Of a stretch of DNA of 45,231 nt, positions 35,063 through 45,173 are shown piece after piece. Origin of the DNA: an uncultured Methanosarcinales archaeon (lineage in GTDB: Archaea > Nanobdellota > Nanobdellia > Woesearchaeales > CALCXY01). The DNA lies in the NCBI GenBank assembly GCA_964385185.1, contig CAYLOA010000006.1:1-45231 (forward strand). The letters run 5' to 3'. The notes beneath the pieces are model-generated. The model was not told where the DNA came from and searched no databases. It saw nothing but the letters and a program-made list of their open reading frames with translations. Each line of letters begins with the position of its first letter. The first letter of the stretch is position 1. Made by a program: the position numbers and the translations under genes.

Positions 35063-37425
35063 TGCCTATGCAACACCCTGCTTTACTATGGTTAATCATT
35101 CCTGCAATTATTGGACTCTTGTTTATGTTACGATTGGATTTAGTTAAGTTTCACGATAAGAAGGAGCAAAAGCAATATGATAAACATAAACGAAAAAGAA
35201 GATTAATTGCTACCGTATTTACTATAGTCATTATTTGTTTAATTGCTATAGCGGCATCTTCACCCTTTACTACTACTTTAACTAAAGAGAAAGGAAACCC
35301 TCAATTGGTTATTTTGTCAGATAACTCGAGCAGTATGAATTTATTTGAATCAGGATTATCAAATGTATTAGGATCAAAGTTGGAGGGAGAGTTTCCTGTT
35401 ACTGTACGTCAGATTGGAGTTGGAGATAGAAGTGCTTTAGGAGATGGAATTTTAAATAATATGCAAGGTGATGATAGTCTTTTACTAGTAAGTGACGGTC
35501 AAAGTACTCATGGACGAGACTTTGGAGATATTTTACGATTAGCGTATGATTTGAACACAACAATCAGTGCTATGAACTTAGTTGCTCAGAAAAGTGATGC
35601 ATCTATTCAGATTTTAGGTCCTGATAAGCAGATTGAACAGTTAGATACTGAGTTTTTGGTGGCTGTGAACAAAGTTGGAGATCCAAGCTGTAGTATTACC
35701 ATAAAGAGCGATGGAAATATTGTCGTTCAAACATCCAAGTTAGAAGATTTTACATTTAATCGAAGATTTGGCCAGGGAGATCATAAATTACATGCACAAA
35801 TGGCTTGTCAGAATGATCATTTTTCTGCAAACAATCAATATTTTAAAACCATCCAAATAGTACCAAAACCGAAGATACTCTATCTAGCAAAGGAAGCTTC
35901 ACCACTTGATACTTCTTTCACACGATACTATCGATATGAAAGAACACCTACCATGCCGAGTTCATTATCATCCTACCAAGCTGTAGTGATTAATGATTTT
36001 AGCGCTCAAGAATTACTTCCCCATACACCATTATTACAAGATTATGTGGCTGAAGGAAATGGGTTAGTCGTTGTGGGAGGAAAAAATGCATATGATCAAG
36101 GAGGATACAAAAATAGTCTTTTAGAAGCGATGCTTCCTGTTCAAGTTGGTACTAGCGATAAATCTGAGGAAGGATCATTAAATATTATCATTGTTATAGA
36201 TATTTCAGGAAGTACGGGATCAGGATTTTCCTCTGGAGGAGATTCTTCCAAAGTGGATGTCGAGAAGAGTTTGGCTATTGATATCTTAAAAGATATTCGA
36301 GTTAATGATAAAGTAGGTGTCGTTGCCTTTAATCGACAAGCATATGATGTGAGTCCTTTGACCAGTTTATCAGAGAAGAGAGATATTACTACTAAGATTG
36401 CTCGTCTTCAAGATTCAGGAGGGACTGAAATCTTTAAAGGATTGAGAAGAGCTTCCCAAATGTTGGCTTTTGTTGAAGGTGGAAAGAATATTGTGATTAT
36501 TTCAGACGGAGAGACACAATTTGGTCCTACTGTATTATCATATGCAGATGTTTTAGCTACAGGCGGAATTAAGATTCATGCGGTGGGTATTGGAGAAAAT
36601 CAAAAACATGAGTTTATGCAAGCTTTAGCAAGGGTAGGAAATGGTGTCTACTTGAAACCTAGTGAACATGAACAACTTAAGATTTTATTTGATAATCCAG
36701 AGCCTGGACAAAAAGATAGAGATTCACTTACCATTGTCAATTCAAATCATTTTATTACTCAAGAATTAACGTTACAAGCTAAACTAACTGGATTTAATCA
36801 AGTCGTTGCAAAACAAAGTGCAAGAACCTTGGTTACGACGTTTGATGGGAGTACGATTGTTGCAGAGCATCGATTTGGGCTCGGAAGAATTGTGAGTGTT
36901 GCTACCGATGATGGAACCGCTTGGTCTGGTCAATTGTTTAAAGCACCTAATTCATTGTTGTGGACACGTATGGTGAACTATGCTATTGGAAACCCTACAA
37001 GAAAGAGTGACTTTACGGTTCGAATGGATGATGTCCAATTAGGAGATGTTGTAACCATTACTGTTCAAAGTGGACAATTTCCTACTCATAACTTAGTTAC
37101 ATTCAGTAAAGTAGGAGAAAATTTGTATGAAGGAACTTTTACACCCAAATCAGTTGGATTTTATGACTTTTTTGGAGGGAGTGTAGGTGTGTCCTATCCT
37201 AAAGAGTTTACTCAAGTAGGCGTTCATGATAATCTTGAAGGTCTTGTTGGAAGCACCGGCGGACAAATGTTTGATTTGAATGATGTAGAAGAGTTAAAAC
37301 AGTTTGTCCAGGAAAATTCCGTTCGGATTCAACAAACGGTACGATATTGGAGATGGCCTTTCATTATGGCGGCTTTAGGTTTATTCATAATTCAATTATT
37401 TATACGGAGATACTCAAAAAGATAG
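35062..37425 (+). CDS. vWA + glutamine-amidotransferase-like domain membrane protein
   Basis: DNSSS and DISGS MIDAS motifs, GNGLVVVGG...Y....LE.MLPV, G.GR.V, terminal TMs. Confidence 0.85.
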   Translation: MPMQHPALLWLIIPAIIGLLFMLRLDLVKFHDKKEQKQYDKHKRKRRLIATVFTIVIICLIAIAASSPFTTTLTKEKGNPQLVILSDNSSSMNLFESGLSNVLGSKLEGEFPVTVRQIGVGDRSALGDGILNNMQGDDSLLLVSDGQSTHGRDFGDILRLAYDLNTTISAMNLVAQKSDASIQILGPDKQIEQLDTEFLVAVNKVGDPSCSITIKSDGNIVVQTSKLEDFTFNRRFGQGDHKLHAQMACQNDHFSANNQYFKTIQIVPKPKILYLAKEASPLDTSFTRYYRYERTPTMPSSLSSYQAVVINDFSAQELLPHTPLLQDYVAEGNGLVVVGGKNAYDQGGYKNSLLEAMLPVQVGTSDKSEEGSLNIIIVIDISGSTGSGFSSGGDSSKVDVEKSLAIDILKDIRVNDKVGVVAFNRQAYDVSPLTSLSEKRDITTKIARLQDSGGTEIFKGLRRASQMLAFVEGGKNIVIISDGETQFGPTVLSYADVLATGGIKIHAVGIGENQKHEFMQALARVGNGVYLKPSEHEQLKILFDNPEPGQKDRDSLTIVNSNHFITQELTLQAKLTGFNQVVAKQSARTLVTTFDGSTIVAEHRFGLGRIVSVATDDGTAWSGQLFKAPNSLLWTRMVNYAIGNPTRKSDFTVRMDDVQLGDVVTITVQSGQFPTHNLVTFSKVGENLYEGTFTPKSVGFYDFFGGSVGVSYPKEFTQVGVHDNLEGLVGSTGGQMFDLNDVEELKQFVQENSVRIQQTVRYWRWPFIMAALGLFIIQLFIRRYSKR

Positions 37426-37434
37426 GTGATAACA

Positions 37435-37941
37435 ATGGCATACATGAAAAAAAATGTAAACATGATATTAATTTTGGTAGTGGTGGTGTTAGCACTCTCC
37501 TTTACTGTTTTTACAACAGTAACGCAGGAAAGTTACTACAATCTTACCGAGAGTTTTGACATGAAATCTAAAGAATTAGATCTTGTGACTAAAACGCTTA
37601 ACTTGGAGAAGAATAAGCTAGATGAAACTTCCTATCAATTAACTATTAAGAAATCTCGAGAAGAGAGCTTATCTAAGATTAGTGAGGAATTATCTCAAGA
37701 AAAAGGTAAGTTAGAGACAGAAAAATCAAAGTTAAATGCAGATTTGGCTCAAAAATCAACTGAATTAATTTCCGTTAAAGATGAATTGAATACATTAGCT
37801 GTTCAGGTATCCAATTTGAAAGATGATATTGTGGGATTAGAGGCTGATGTAGATAAATATAGAGACCGAGCAGATGATAGAACAAGTGAGAGGGATGAGG
37901 CGTGCGGATTAATCACCGTAGAAAAGCCGAGTTTTTGCTAA
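37435..37941 (+). CDS. TM-anchored coiled-coil protein
   Basis: AGGTGA SD, N-terminal TM, long heptad region, terminal Cys pair. Confidence 0.75.
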   Translation: MAYMKKNVNMILILVVVVLALSFTVFTTVTQESYYNLTESFDMKSKELDLVTKTLNLEKNKLDETSYQLTIKKSREESLSKISEELSQEKGKLETEKSKLNADLAQKSTELISVKDELNTLAVQVSNLKDDIVGLEADVDKYRDRADDRTSERDEACGLITVEKPSFC

Positions 37942-38741
37942 TGAAATCGTTTAAGTATGCCATCAATGACGTGAAAAAGCATTTAACCTATTTTATTGCT
38001 TTTGATTCACTGTTGACTTCGTTATTGATTTATCTCGGTGTGTATTTTGTCTTTGTTTCGATAGCTTTCAAGGGAGTGTTGGCAATTTTACCTGCTGGAT
38101 TGTATCTCTGGTATGATCTCAGATTAAAATTACGACAAAATGTGGTTCGAAATGTCGAGGAGAAGTACCCTGACATGGATGAACAGTTAATCACTGCTTC
38201 AGAATATCCACAGGATGAGAATAATCCCTTTGTTAATGAACTTCATAGAGAAACAATGAGTGAATTGAAGAAAGTTGAATTGAGTAGGTTTATTGATATG
38301 AATGTTAATTCCAAGAAATTAGGTGGGATTGTTGTGTTGTCATTATTGATAATCGTTTTTGCCCATTTTGGATTGTACTATGATGTTACAGGAAACTTTG
38401 GAGATATTGTTGATAAAGTGAAGCCAGTATTCTCTCAAGGGGGAGACGATTCAGGTAGTGGCGGAACAGAACAAGTAGTTGGAAAAGAAGGTGGATCAGA
38501 CATTTATGGAGAGGCAAGTCTTGCAGATTTAGGAGATGATGCTGTAGATCTGAGTTTGCTCAGTAATAATATGGAGTTTGACTCTACAAATATTTATGAT
38601 ATTCAAGAAAGACAATTCAAAGATGTGATGTTGTTTCCATCAGATATTCAGACGGTGGAATCGGATGTTTCAACACAAGGAGAAGTAAGTAAAGAACATG
38701 CAGAACTGGTGAAAAATTATTTTCTCCAGGCGGCGAGGTGA
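37941..38741 (+). CDS. Hypothetical membrane protein (MoxR/vWA operon member)
   Basis: TAATG overlap, three TM segments, VEEKYP...E.L.TA, LVKNYF C-terminus. Confidence 0.75.
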   Translation: MKSFKYAINDVKKHLTYFIAFDSLLTSLLIYLGVYFVFVSIAFKGVLAILPAGLYLWYDLRLKLRQNVVRNVEEKYPDMDEQLITASEYPQDENNPFVNELHRETMSELKKVELSRFIDMNVNSKKLGGIVVLSLLIIVFAHFGLYYDVTGNFGDIVDKVKPVFSQGGDDSGSGGTEQVVGKEGGSDIYGEASLADLGDDAVDLSLLSNNMEFDSTNIYDIQERQFKDVMLFPSDIQTVESDVSTQGEVSKEHAELVKNYFLQAAR

Positions 38742-38918
38742 TGATGATGGATAATCAATTTACAAATTTGATAATTACTGAGGTGATTCGAAAATGAAAT
38801 TATCTCGATCAAAGATCTCGAAACTTCATTTTCGCTTACATAATGTACTTAGAGGTGATCTATAATGAGCAAAACACATACTTTAACTTATATTTATACT
38901 GAGGTGATTCGAAAATGA
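38741..38918 (+). other. Three chained micro-ORFs (38741-38797, 38794-38865, 38865-38918) with a 23-bp direct repeat
   Basis: Each preceded by GAGGTGA and linked by TGATG/ATGA/TAATG overlaps; TACTGAGGTGATTCGAAAATGAA at 38776-38798 and 38897-38919. Confidence 0.65.
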
Positions 38919-39847
38919 AGTCATACAAAGCAACCTTCGACTCCGTTAAAAAGGAGATCAGTAAGGTCATTGTAGGTCAGGAACAGATGGTTGAGCAGGT
39001 GCTCATCTCTATTTTGGCAGACAGTAACGCCCTCCTGGAGGGTTTTCCAGGGCTGGCTAAGACATTAGCCATTAGAACATTATCTGAGTTGTTAGACTTA
39101 AAGTTTAGCAGAATTCAGAACACTCCGGATCTGATGCCATCAGACGTAACAGGAACCTATATCCTTGAAGAGTCTGGCGGAAAAAGAGAATTTAAATTTC
39201 AGCCTGGACCGGTGTTTGCTAATATTGTATTGGCGGATGAGATTAATAGGGCAACCCCTAAAACTCAATCGGCGATGCTTGAAGCGATGCAGGAACGGCA
39301 AGTAACGGTAGGAAATAGTACGTTTAAACTGGATGATCCATTTTTCGTACTTGCTACACAAAATCCTATTGAGCAAGAAGGAACCTATCCTTTACCTGAA
39401 GCTCAGGCAGATCGGTTTTTGCTTAAGATTCGAGTAGGATATCCAAATCCAGATGAGGAGTTGGAGATTGTGAATAAGTATACAGGAGAAGGAGGTCCTG
39501 CAAAGGTCAAGGTTATGCTGACCAAGAAGCATATTATTGCTTTGCAAGAGATGACTAAGAAAGTCCCTATTGCTTCCGATGTAAAAAAGAAAGTGGTCAA
39601 TTTAATCCAAAAAACTCGACAAAAAACTGATTTGATTCAGTACGGAGCATCACCAAGAGCATCAATTGGATTAGTTATGGCTGCTAAGGCAAGAGCTATG
39701 ATGGAAGGACGTAATCACGTCAGTTCAGAAGATATTTCAACTATGGCCTTACCTGTTTTGCGACATAGAATCATCCTTAATTTTGAGGCTGAGCGAAAAG
39801 GTATGACTACGGATGATGCAGTATTGGAGTTGTTAAAACACAAATGA
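38915..39847 (+). CDS. moxR: MoxR family AAA+ ATPase
   Basis: GFPGLAKT, RIQ.TPDLMPSD, LADEINRA.PKTQSA, ATQNPIEQEGTYPLPEAQ.DRF. Confidence 0.96.
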   Translation: MKSYKATFDSVKKEISKVIVGQEQMVEQVLISILADSNALLEGFPGLAKTLAIRTLSELLDLKFSRIQNTPDLMPSDVTGTYILEESGGKREFKFQPGPVFANIVLADEINRATPKTQSAMLEAMQERQVTVGNSTFKLDDPFFVLATQNPIEQEGTYPLPEAQADRFLLKIRVGYPNPDEELEIVNKYTGEGGPAKVKVMLTKKHIIALQEMTKKVPIASDVKKKVVNLIQKTRQKTDLIQYGASPRASIGLVMAAKARAMMEGRNHVSSEDISTMALPVLRHRIILNFEAERKGMTTDDAVLELLKHK

Positions 39848-39869
39848 GGATATGAATGGAGGATAGAAG

Positions 39870-40721
39870 ATGGCAATAAACTCAGATTTTTTACACCAGT
39901 TGGATAGGTTTGGCTTAGTGATCAATAAACGAATCACCTCGAATTTTATTGGTCAAAAGCGATCCACAGCTCTCGGTAAAGGACTGATCTTTAAAGACCA
40001 TAGAATCTATGCTCCAGGAGATGATCTTCGTAATCTAGATTGGAAAGTATTCGCCAGAACAGACGATCTCTTTATCAAAAATTATGAAGAAGAGAGAAAT
40101 TTAGCGGTGAATATTATTATGGACAGTAGTGCGAGTATGGATTTTGGAAGAGATCTAAAAAAATATGAGTATGGTGGAATGCTTGCACTTGGATTTGCGT
40201 ATCTATCTTTGAAAGGAAATCAAAAGGTGCAGTTTACCAATTTTGCGGACGATATTCAAGTGTTTAAACCGACCAAAGGGATGGCTCTTGTGGGAAATAT
40301 GGTGCGTCATATCAATGCATTGCAACCTCAAGGAAAGAGTGAGATTGATTTTACGTTTAAGAAAATTCGACATATGATCGGAAATAAAACCATGACGATA
40401 GTTATCAGTGATTTTTTAATCCCTATTGAAGAGATTGAGGCAGGATTAATCTCCTTAGGTAAACAAGAGTTAACGGTTGTCCAAGTATTAGATCCTGTTG
40501 AAAAGAAGTTAAAACTGGAAGGAGAGTATGATTTAGAAGATAGTGAGTCTGGATTAAAATTAAAGTCGTTTGTATCCACTCGAATGAGAAACGATTTTCA
40601 AAATAAATTGGATGCACATACCAACAAAGTTAAAGAGCTCGTTGAAGCATTAGGAGGAAAGTTCTTCCAATTTACATCTGATGTGGATGTATTTGATGCT
40701 TTTTTCGAGATGTTACGATAA
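39870..40721 (+). CDS. DUF58 family (vWA-like) protein
   Basis: F.DHR.Y.PGDDLR.LDWK..AR, DSSASM, ISDF. Confidence 0.93.
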   Translation: MAINSDFLHQLDRFGLVINKRITSNFIGQKRSTALGKGLIFKDHRIYAPGDDLRNLDWKVFARTDDLFIKNYEEERNLAVNIIMDSSASMDFGRDLKKYEYGGMLALGFAYLSLKGNQKVQFTNFADDIQVFKPTKGMALVGNMVRHINALQPQGKSEIDFTFKKIRHMIGNKTMTIVISDFLIPIEEIEAGLISLGKQELTVVQVLDPVEKKLKLEGEYDLEDSESGLKLKSFVSTRMRNDFQNKLDAHTNKVKELVEALGGKFFQFTSDVDVFDAFFEMLR

Positions 40722-40733
40722 GGAGATGATACC

Positions 40734-40793
40734 ATGAGACAGACTACAATGAGGGAATTTACAAGTTTAGATATTAAAGGTGATGCATTGTGA
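40734..40793 (+). other. Micro-ORF (19 aa) linking DUF58 gene to RDD gene
   Basis: GGAG upstream; MRQTTMREFTSLDIKGDAL*; GTGA overlap with the RDD start. Confidence 0.5.
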
Positions 40794-41257
40794 AACTACC
40801 CAAAATGCATGTAGCTAATAATGCACCATTGTTAAAGCGAATACTGGCTTTTATTGTGGATATGATTATAGTAGAATTATTTGTCATTAGTCCCTTTTCC
40901 CGTGTGTTGAAGGGAAGTATGGTGGAAGGTAGTTTCACTGAGGTATTGGATCATATCACGAGTAATGAAGTGCTGTTTGGTAATTTGTTGCCTGTTGTTG
41001 TGGCGGTAACGTTCATGACTTTAGCTTATTTTGCCATTTTTGAATTTAAATATCAACAAACTATTGGAAAGATGATTTTCAAATTGAAAGTTGTGAGTAT
41101 TTCAGGGAAGTTAAATATGAGTCAGTGTATTGTACGTGCGTTGATTGTATTGCCTTTCTACTTTGTGACTGTAGTTGATGTTATTTATGCATTGTTTAAT
41201 GCAGAGAATCAAAGAGTATTGGAGTATTTTTCAAAAACTAAGACGGTGGTGGCATAA
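40790..41257 (+). CDS. RDD family protein
   Basis: KRILAFIVD, QTIGK..F.LKV, R. Confidence 0.9.
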   Translation: MKLPKMHVANNAPLLKRILAFIVDMIIVELFVISPFSRVLKGSMVEGSFTEVLDHITSNEVLFGNLLPVVVAVTFMTLAYFAIFEFKYQQTIGKMIFKLKVVSISGKLNMSQCIVRALIVLPFYFVTVVDVIYALFNAENQRVLEYFSKTKTVVA

Positions 41258-42174
41258 TGGCAAAAACAAAAAGAAGATGGACAGGTATTGCAGGATTGTT
41301 AATAGCCCTATGGTTAGTTAGTTTTGTGATAAGTGCATTTATTGATGCAGAGATTCCTATTGCATCAGGAAATGTTTTAGTTATTTCCATAAAAGGAGTT
41401 ATTGTGGGTGATGATCCTGGAGGTTTTGGAAGTACTGCTTTGAGTGCGAACTCTGTTGTAGCAGATATTGAATCTGCGGCTGAGGATGATAATATTGATG
41501 CAATTGTTTTCGAGATTAACAGTCCAGGAGGGAGTGCGGTTGCTTCTGATGAGATTGCGCAAGCTGTTTTGGCTGTTGAAAAACCTACCGTGAGTTATAT
41601 TCGAGAGGTAGGAGCTTCAGGAGCCTATTGGGTTGCTGCTTCAACTGATAAGATATTTGTTAATCGGATGAGCATTACAGGAAGTATAGGAGTAATTGCT
41701 TCGTATTTGCAATTTTCAGACTTACTTGATGAACACGGAGTTACTTATGAAAGAATGGTCGCTGGAAGATACAAAGATATGGGAACACCTTTCAAAGATT
41801 TAAGTGATACTGAAAGACTTATCTTTCAACAAACTCTTGACCAGATTCATACCGAGTTTATCGAAGGAGTAGCTGAAAACAGGAATATGAGTGTTTCCGA
41901 AGTTCGGAAATTAGCTACTGGCCAAGTATATTTGGGTATAAAGGCTATAGAATTAGGTCTTGTTGATGCAATAGGTGGAAAGAACGAAGTAGAAGCTTAT
42001 TTGGAACAGGAGTTAAATGTTACTGTTGAACTTTTCGAATGGGAAAGAAAAAAGAGTATATTGGATTTATTAAGTCAGTTAAGTGGTGGCAATAGTTACC
42101 AAGTAGGTAGGGGGATTGGAGATAGTTTAGTGAAGACCCAAGGTGAGCCCAACATTCCTGTAGTTTGGAGTTAA
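41257..42174 (+). CDS. sppA: Signal peptide peptidase SppA (S49)
   Basis: INSPGGS, GASGAYW.A, GSIGV, YKD, GLVD..G. Confidence 0.93.
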   Translation: MAKTKRRWTGIAGLLIALWLVSFVISAFIDAEIPIASGNVLVISIKGVIVGDDPGGFGSTALSANSVVADIESAAEDDNIDAIVFEINSPGGSAVASDEIAQAVLAVEKPTVSYIREVGASGAYWVAASTDKIFVNRMSITGSIGVIASYLQFSDLLDEHGVTYERMVAGRYKDMGTPFKDLSDTERLIFQQTLDQIHTEFIEGVAENRNMSVSEVRKLATGQVYLGIKAIELGLVDAIGGKNEVEAYLEQELNVTVELFEWERKKSILDLLSQLSGGNSYQVGRGIGDSLVKTQGEPNIPVVWS

Positions 42175-42194
42175 AAGTTAATTAGGATAACATT

Positions 42195-45173
42195 ATGATG
42201 ATGAAAAAAAGGATGGTGTTGGTGTTTTTTCTCATAGTGTTACCTCTCTTTATTTTTGCTGAAGATGATGAAGTAGAAGTAAGTGAAGATGTTTTGGAAA
42301 TTGTTGAAGACGAAGGGGAAGTTGATGTTATTATTGTGATGAAAGAAGCGGAAGAAGGAATATTTAGTGATACTGAGGTTGAAGAACGTAAAGAGGAAGT
42401 ACTGGAAGTGTTGGATGATATTGATGCAGAAGTTGAAATTGAGCTTGAGACTGCTGTTGCTGCAACAGTAGATGAAGATCAATTGGAAGAATTATTACAA
42501 GATGATAATATTTTAGAGATTTATGAAGATCGGCCGATTACTGCTTTCTTGAGTACGGCAACTTCTCATATTAAAGGTGATTTAATTAGATCTTTACAAT
42601 ACAATGGAAGTAATATTACGGGTGCAGGTCAGACGGTGTGTATCATTGATTCAGGAATAGATTATACACATCCCAGTCTTGGCGGTTGTTTTGGTGCTGG
42701 ATGTCGTGTTGTATCTGGTTATGATGTTAGAAATGATGATGCTGATCCTCAGGATGATAATGGTCATGGAACACACGTTGCAGGTATAGCAGGAAGTAGT
42801 AATCTCACTTTGCCAGGAATTGCTCCAGGGATTCAATTTGCAGCTCTTAAGGTGCTTAATGCAGGAGGTTCTGGAAGCACTTCAGATTTAATTTCTGGAA
42901 TTGAATGGTGTACGAATAATGCTACAACGTTTAATATCTCAGTTATTAGTATGAGTCTAGGTACCAATAAGAAGTTTTCAGGAACGTGTGACGATGATGA
43001 TAGTCAATTAACTGCAGCTATCAATAATGCTGTTGCAGGGGGTATTTTTGTAGTTGCTTCTTCAGGAAATGAAAATAGTGATTCGAAAATGGGAAGTCCA
43101 GCTTGTATAACAAATGTTACTGCTGTAGCTAACGCAGATGAGAGTAATATTATGGTGAGTAGTTCTAATAGAAATGAGGAGACAGATATTATTGCTCCTG
43201 GATCATTGATTACTTCTATGTATAAAGACGGTGGGTTTGCTACTTTAACAGGTACTTCTATGTCAACTCCTTTTATTTCTGGAGCTGGAGCATTGTTGAA
43301 ACAATTTCATACTGCTCTTAATGGGACTGTACTTAGTACTGATGCCATTGTGGGTATGATGAATAGTACGGGTGATGATGTTGATGATACTGCAAATAGT
43401 GGTTTTGTCTATAAGATGATTAATTTAGAGAATTTATTTGATACTTTAGATGAGGAATCTCCTGTGTTGAGTTTTGTGAGTCCTACTGTTAATGGTACGA
43501 ATACTTCTTCGTATAGTTATATTATTAATGTAAGTGCAGATGAAACGTTGGCTGGATCTGTGTTGGAATTTGATGGAGTTAATCAAAGTATGAATGGTGG
43601 TGGGAGTAATTTCTATTTGAATAAAACTTTTGTATCTGATGGGACTCATACTTATAGAGTATTTGCAAATGATTCTTTTAACAATTCTGTAGTTAGTGAG
43701 GTATTTGATTTGAGAATTCAAAATGATGCTCCGAGTGTATCACAAGTTGTAATTAATACTAGTTTAGGCATTAACAGCTCTACTGGCGATTTACAATGTT
43801 TTGGTAGTGGAAGTGATACAGATGGTGATAGTATAATCGGGACAGTTCGATGGTTTAATGATTCAGTCGAGTTTGATCGGACTGATATTCAAGGGTCTGT
43901 ATTGGGTGTCCCTACTCTTATTGATACGATAGGAAGTGGAAATACATCAGTAGGAGATACTTGGACGTGTATGGTGAATGTAGGAGATTTGAAAGAAAAT
44001 AGTAATTTTGTGAATAGTTCAGTTGTGATTACGAATAACAATGTCAATGCTACTATTGATAGATTAGTTTTGAACAGTAGTTTAGGGTTGAATCGTACAG
44101 GTGAAGATGTGAGTTTGTATGCCACAGTATCAGATGCGGATGGAGACAATGTTGTTGTAAATGTTCGATGGTTTAAGAATACTTCAGAAGAAGTGTTATT
44201 TAATCAGACTTTTAACATTGTAGAAGGTGCATTTACCAAGTATGCAGTTATTGATAGTGACAATAGTTCAAAAAATGATCATTGGACAGCCCAGATTAGT
44301 TTAGATGATGGTACCGATGTTGTGAGGAGTAATCATACCCTTGTTGTAAAGGATACTCCCCCTGAACAAGTTGTAAATATATCAGATCAAAGTTGGGCAG
44401 TAGATACCAATATTTCGTTAAATTTAAGCGATTATTTTAATGATACAGATGGAGATTTAATATCTTATTCTGGTAGTAGTTTGAGTGATATTACTTTGAG
44501 TATCACAAACGATAATGCTAGTTTTATTCCTGATCCTAATGAAACAGTTACTACAAGTGTACTAATTACTGCTAGTACAGGAGATAGTTCTGTAGTGAGT
44601 AATAATGTGAGTTTAACAGTAAGTAATGATATAGATGGTGATGGATTTATTGCAGATACTCATGGTGGATTGGATTGTAATGATAATGCTGATAATATCA
44701 ATCCTAATGCTGCTGAGGCATGTTTTGATGGTGTAGATAATAATTGTGATGGAACAGTAGATGAAGGGTGTACGTCAAGCTCTAGTGGTTCTTCCGGTGG
44801 CGGAGGAGGCGGTGGAGGTGGCGGAAGTAGTTCAACAACTCCAGCTCCTGTTGCGGAAACTCCTGAAGTAGTGAATGAACCTACACCTAGTGTTCAAGCT
44901 CAGGAAGTTGTTCAAGAAAGTAATACTAACGAGGAAATTGATGAGATTGTTCAAGAGACTATTGAAGAAACCGTACAACAGCAAAGTTTCTTGAATCAAA
45001 TTGGTGGAGCATGGAATAACGTTGTAAATAGTCCTACAGCAGCTGTAGCTGTGAGTTTGACAAAGATTGAGAACTTTAGAGGAGTCATTATGTTACTGAT
45101 TATTACTGGTGGTGTAGTAGGTTTACAAATATATAAGAAAAGGAAATTAATAGAACAGGAATTTGATTTCTAA
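42195..45173 (+). CDS. Membrane-anchored S8 subtilase with Ig-like and Cys/Asp metal-binding repeats
   Basis: Signal peptide, acidic prodomain, IIDSG/HGTHVAG/GTSMS triad, DCND...NP.A.E.C.DG.DNNCDG..DEGC, Gly/Ser linker, C-terminal TM. Confidence 0.93.
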   Translation: MMMKKRMVLVFFLIVLPLFIFAEDDEVEVSEDVLEIVEDEGEVDVIIVMKEAEEGIFSDTEVEERKEEVLEVLDDIDAEVEIELETAVAATVDEDQLEELLQDDNILEIYEDRPITAFLSTATSHIKGDLIRSLQYNGSNITGAGQTVCIIDSGIDYTHPSLGGCFGAGCRVVSGYDVRNDDADPQDDNGHGTHVAGIAGSSNLTLPGIAPGIQFAALKVLNAGGSGSTSDLISGIEWCTNNATTFNISVISMSLGTNKKFSGTCDDDDSQLTAAINNAVAGGIFVVASSGNENSDSKMGSPACITNVTAVANADESNIMVSSSNRNEETDIIAPGSLITSMYKDGGFATLTGTSMSTPFISGAGALLKQFHTALNGTVLSTDAIVGMMNSTGDDVDDTANSGFVYKMINLENLFDTLDEESPVLSFVSPTVNGTNTSSYSYIINVSADETLAGSVLEFDGVNQSMNGGGSNFYLNKTFVSDGTHTYRVFANDSFNNSVVSEVFDLRIQNDAPSVSQVVINTSLGINSSTGDLQCFGSGSDTDGDSIIGTVRWFNDSVEFDRTDIQGSVLGVPTLIDTIGSGNTSVGDTWTCMVNVGDLKENSNFVNSSVVITNNNVNATIDRLVLNSSLGLNRTGEDVSLYATVSDADGDNVVVNVRWFKNTSEEVLFNQTFNIVEGAFTKYAVIDSDNSSKNDHWTAQISLDDGTDVVRSNHTLVVKDTPPEQVVNISDQSWAVDTNISLNLSDYFNDTDGDLISYSGSSLSDITLSITNDNASFIPDPNETVTTSVLITASTGDSSVVSNNVSLTVSNDIDGDGFIADTHGGLDCNDNADNINPNAAEACFDGVDNNCDGTVDEGCTSSSSGSSGGGGGGGGGGSSSTTPAPVAETPEVVNEPTPSVQAQEVVQESNTNEEIDEIVQETIEETVQQQSFLNQIGGAWNNVVNSPTAAVAVSLTKIENFRGVIMLLIITGGVVGLQIYKKRKLIEQEFDF

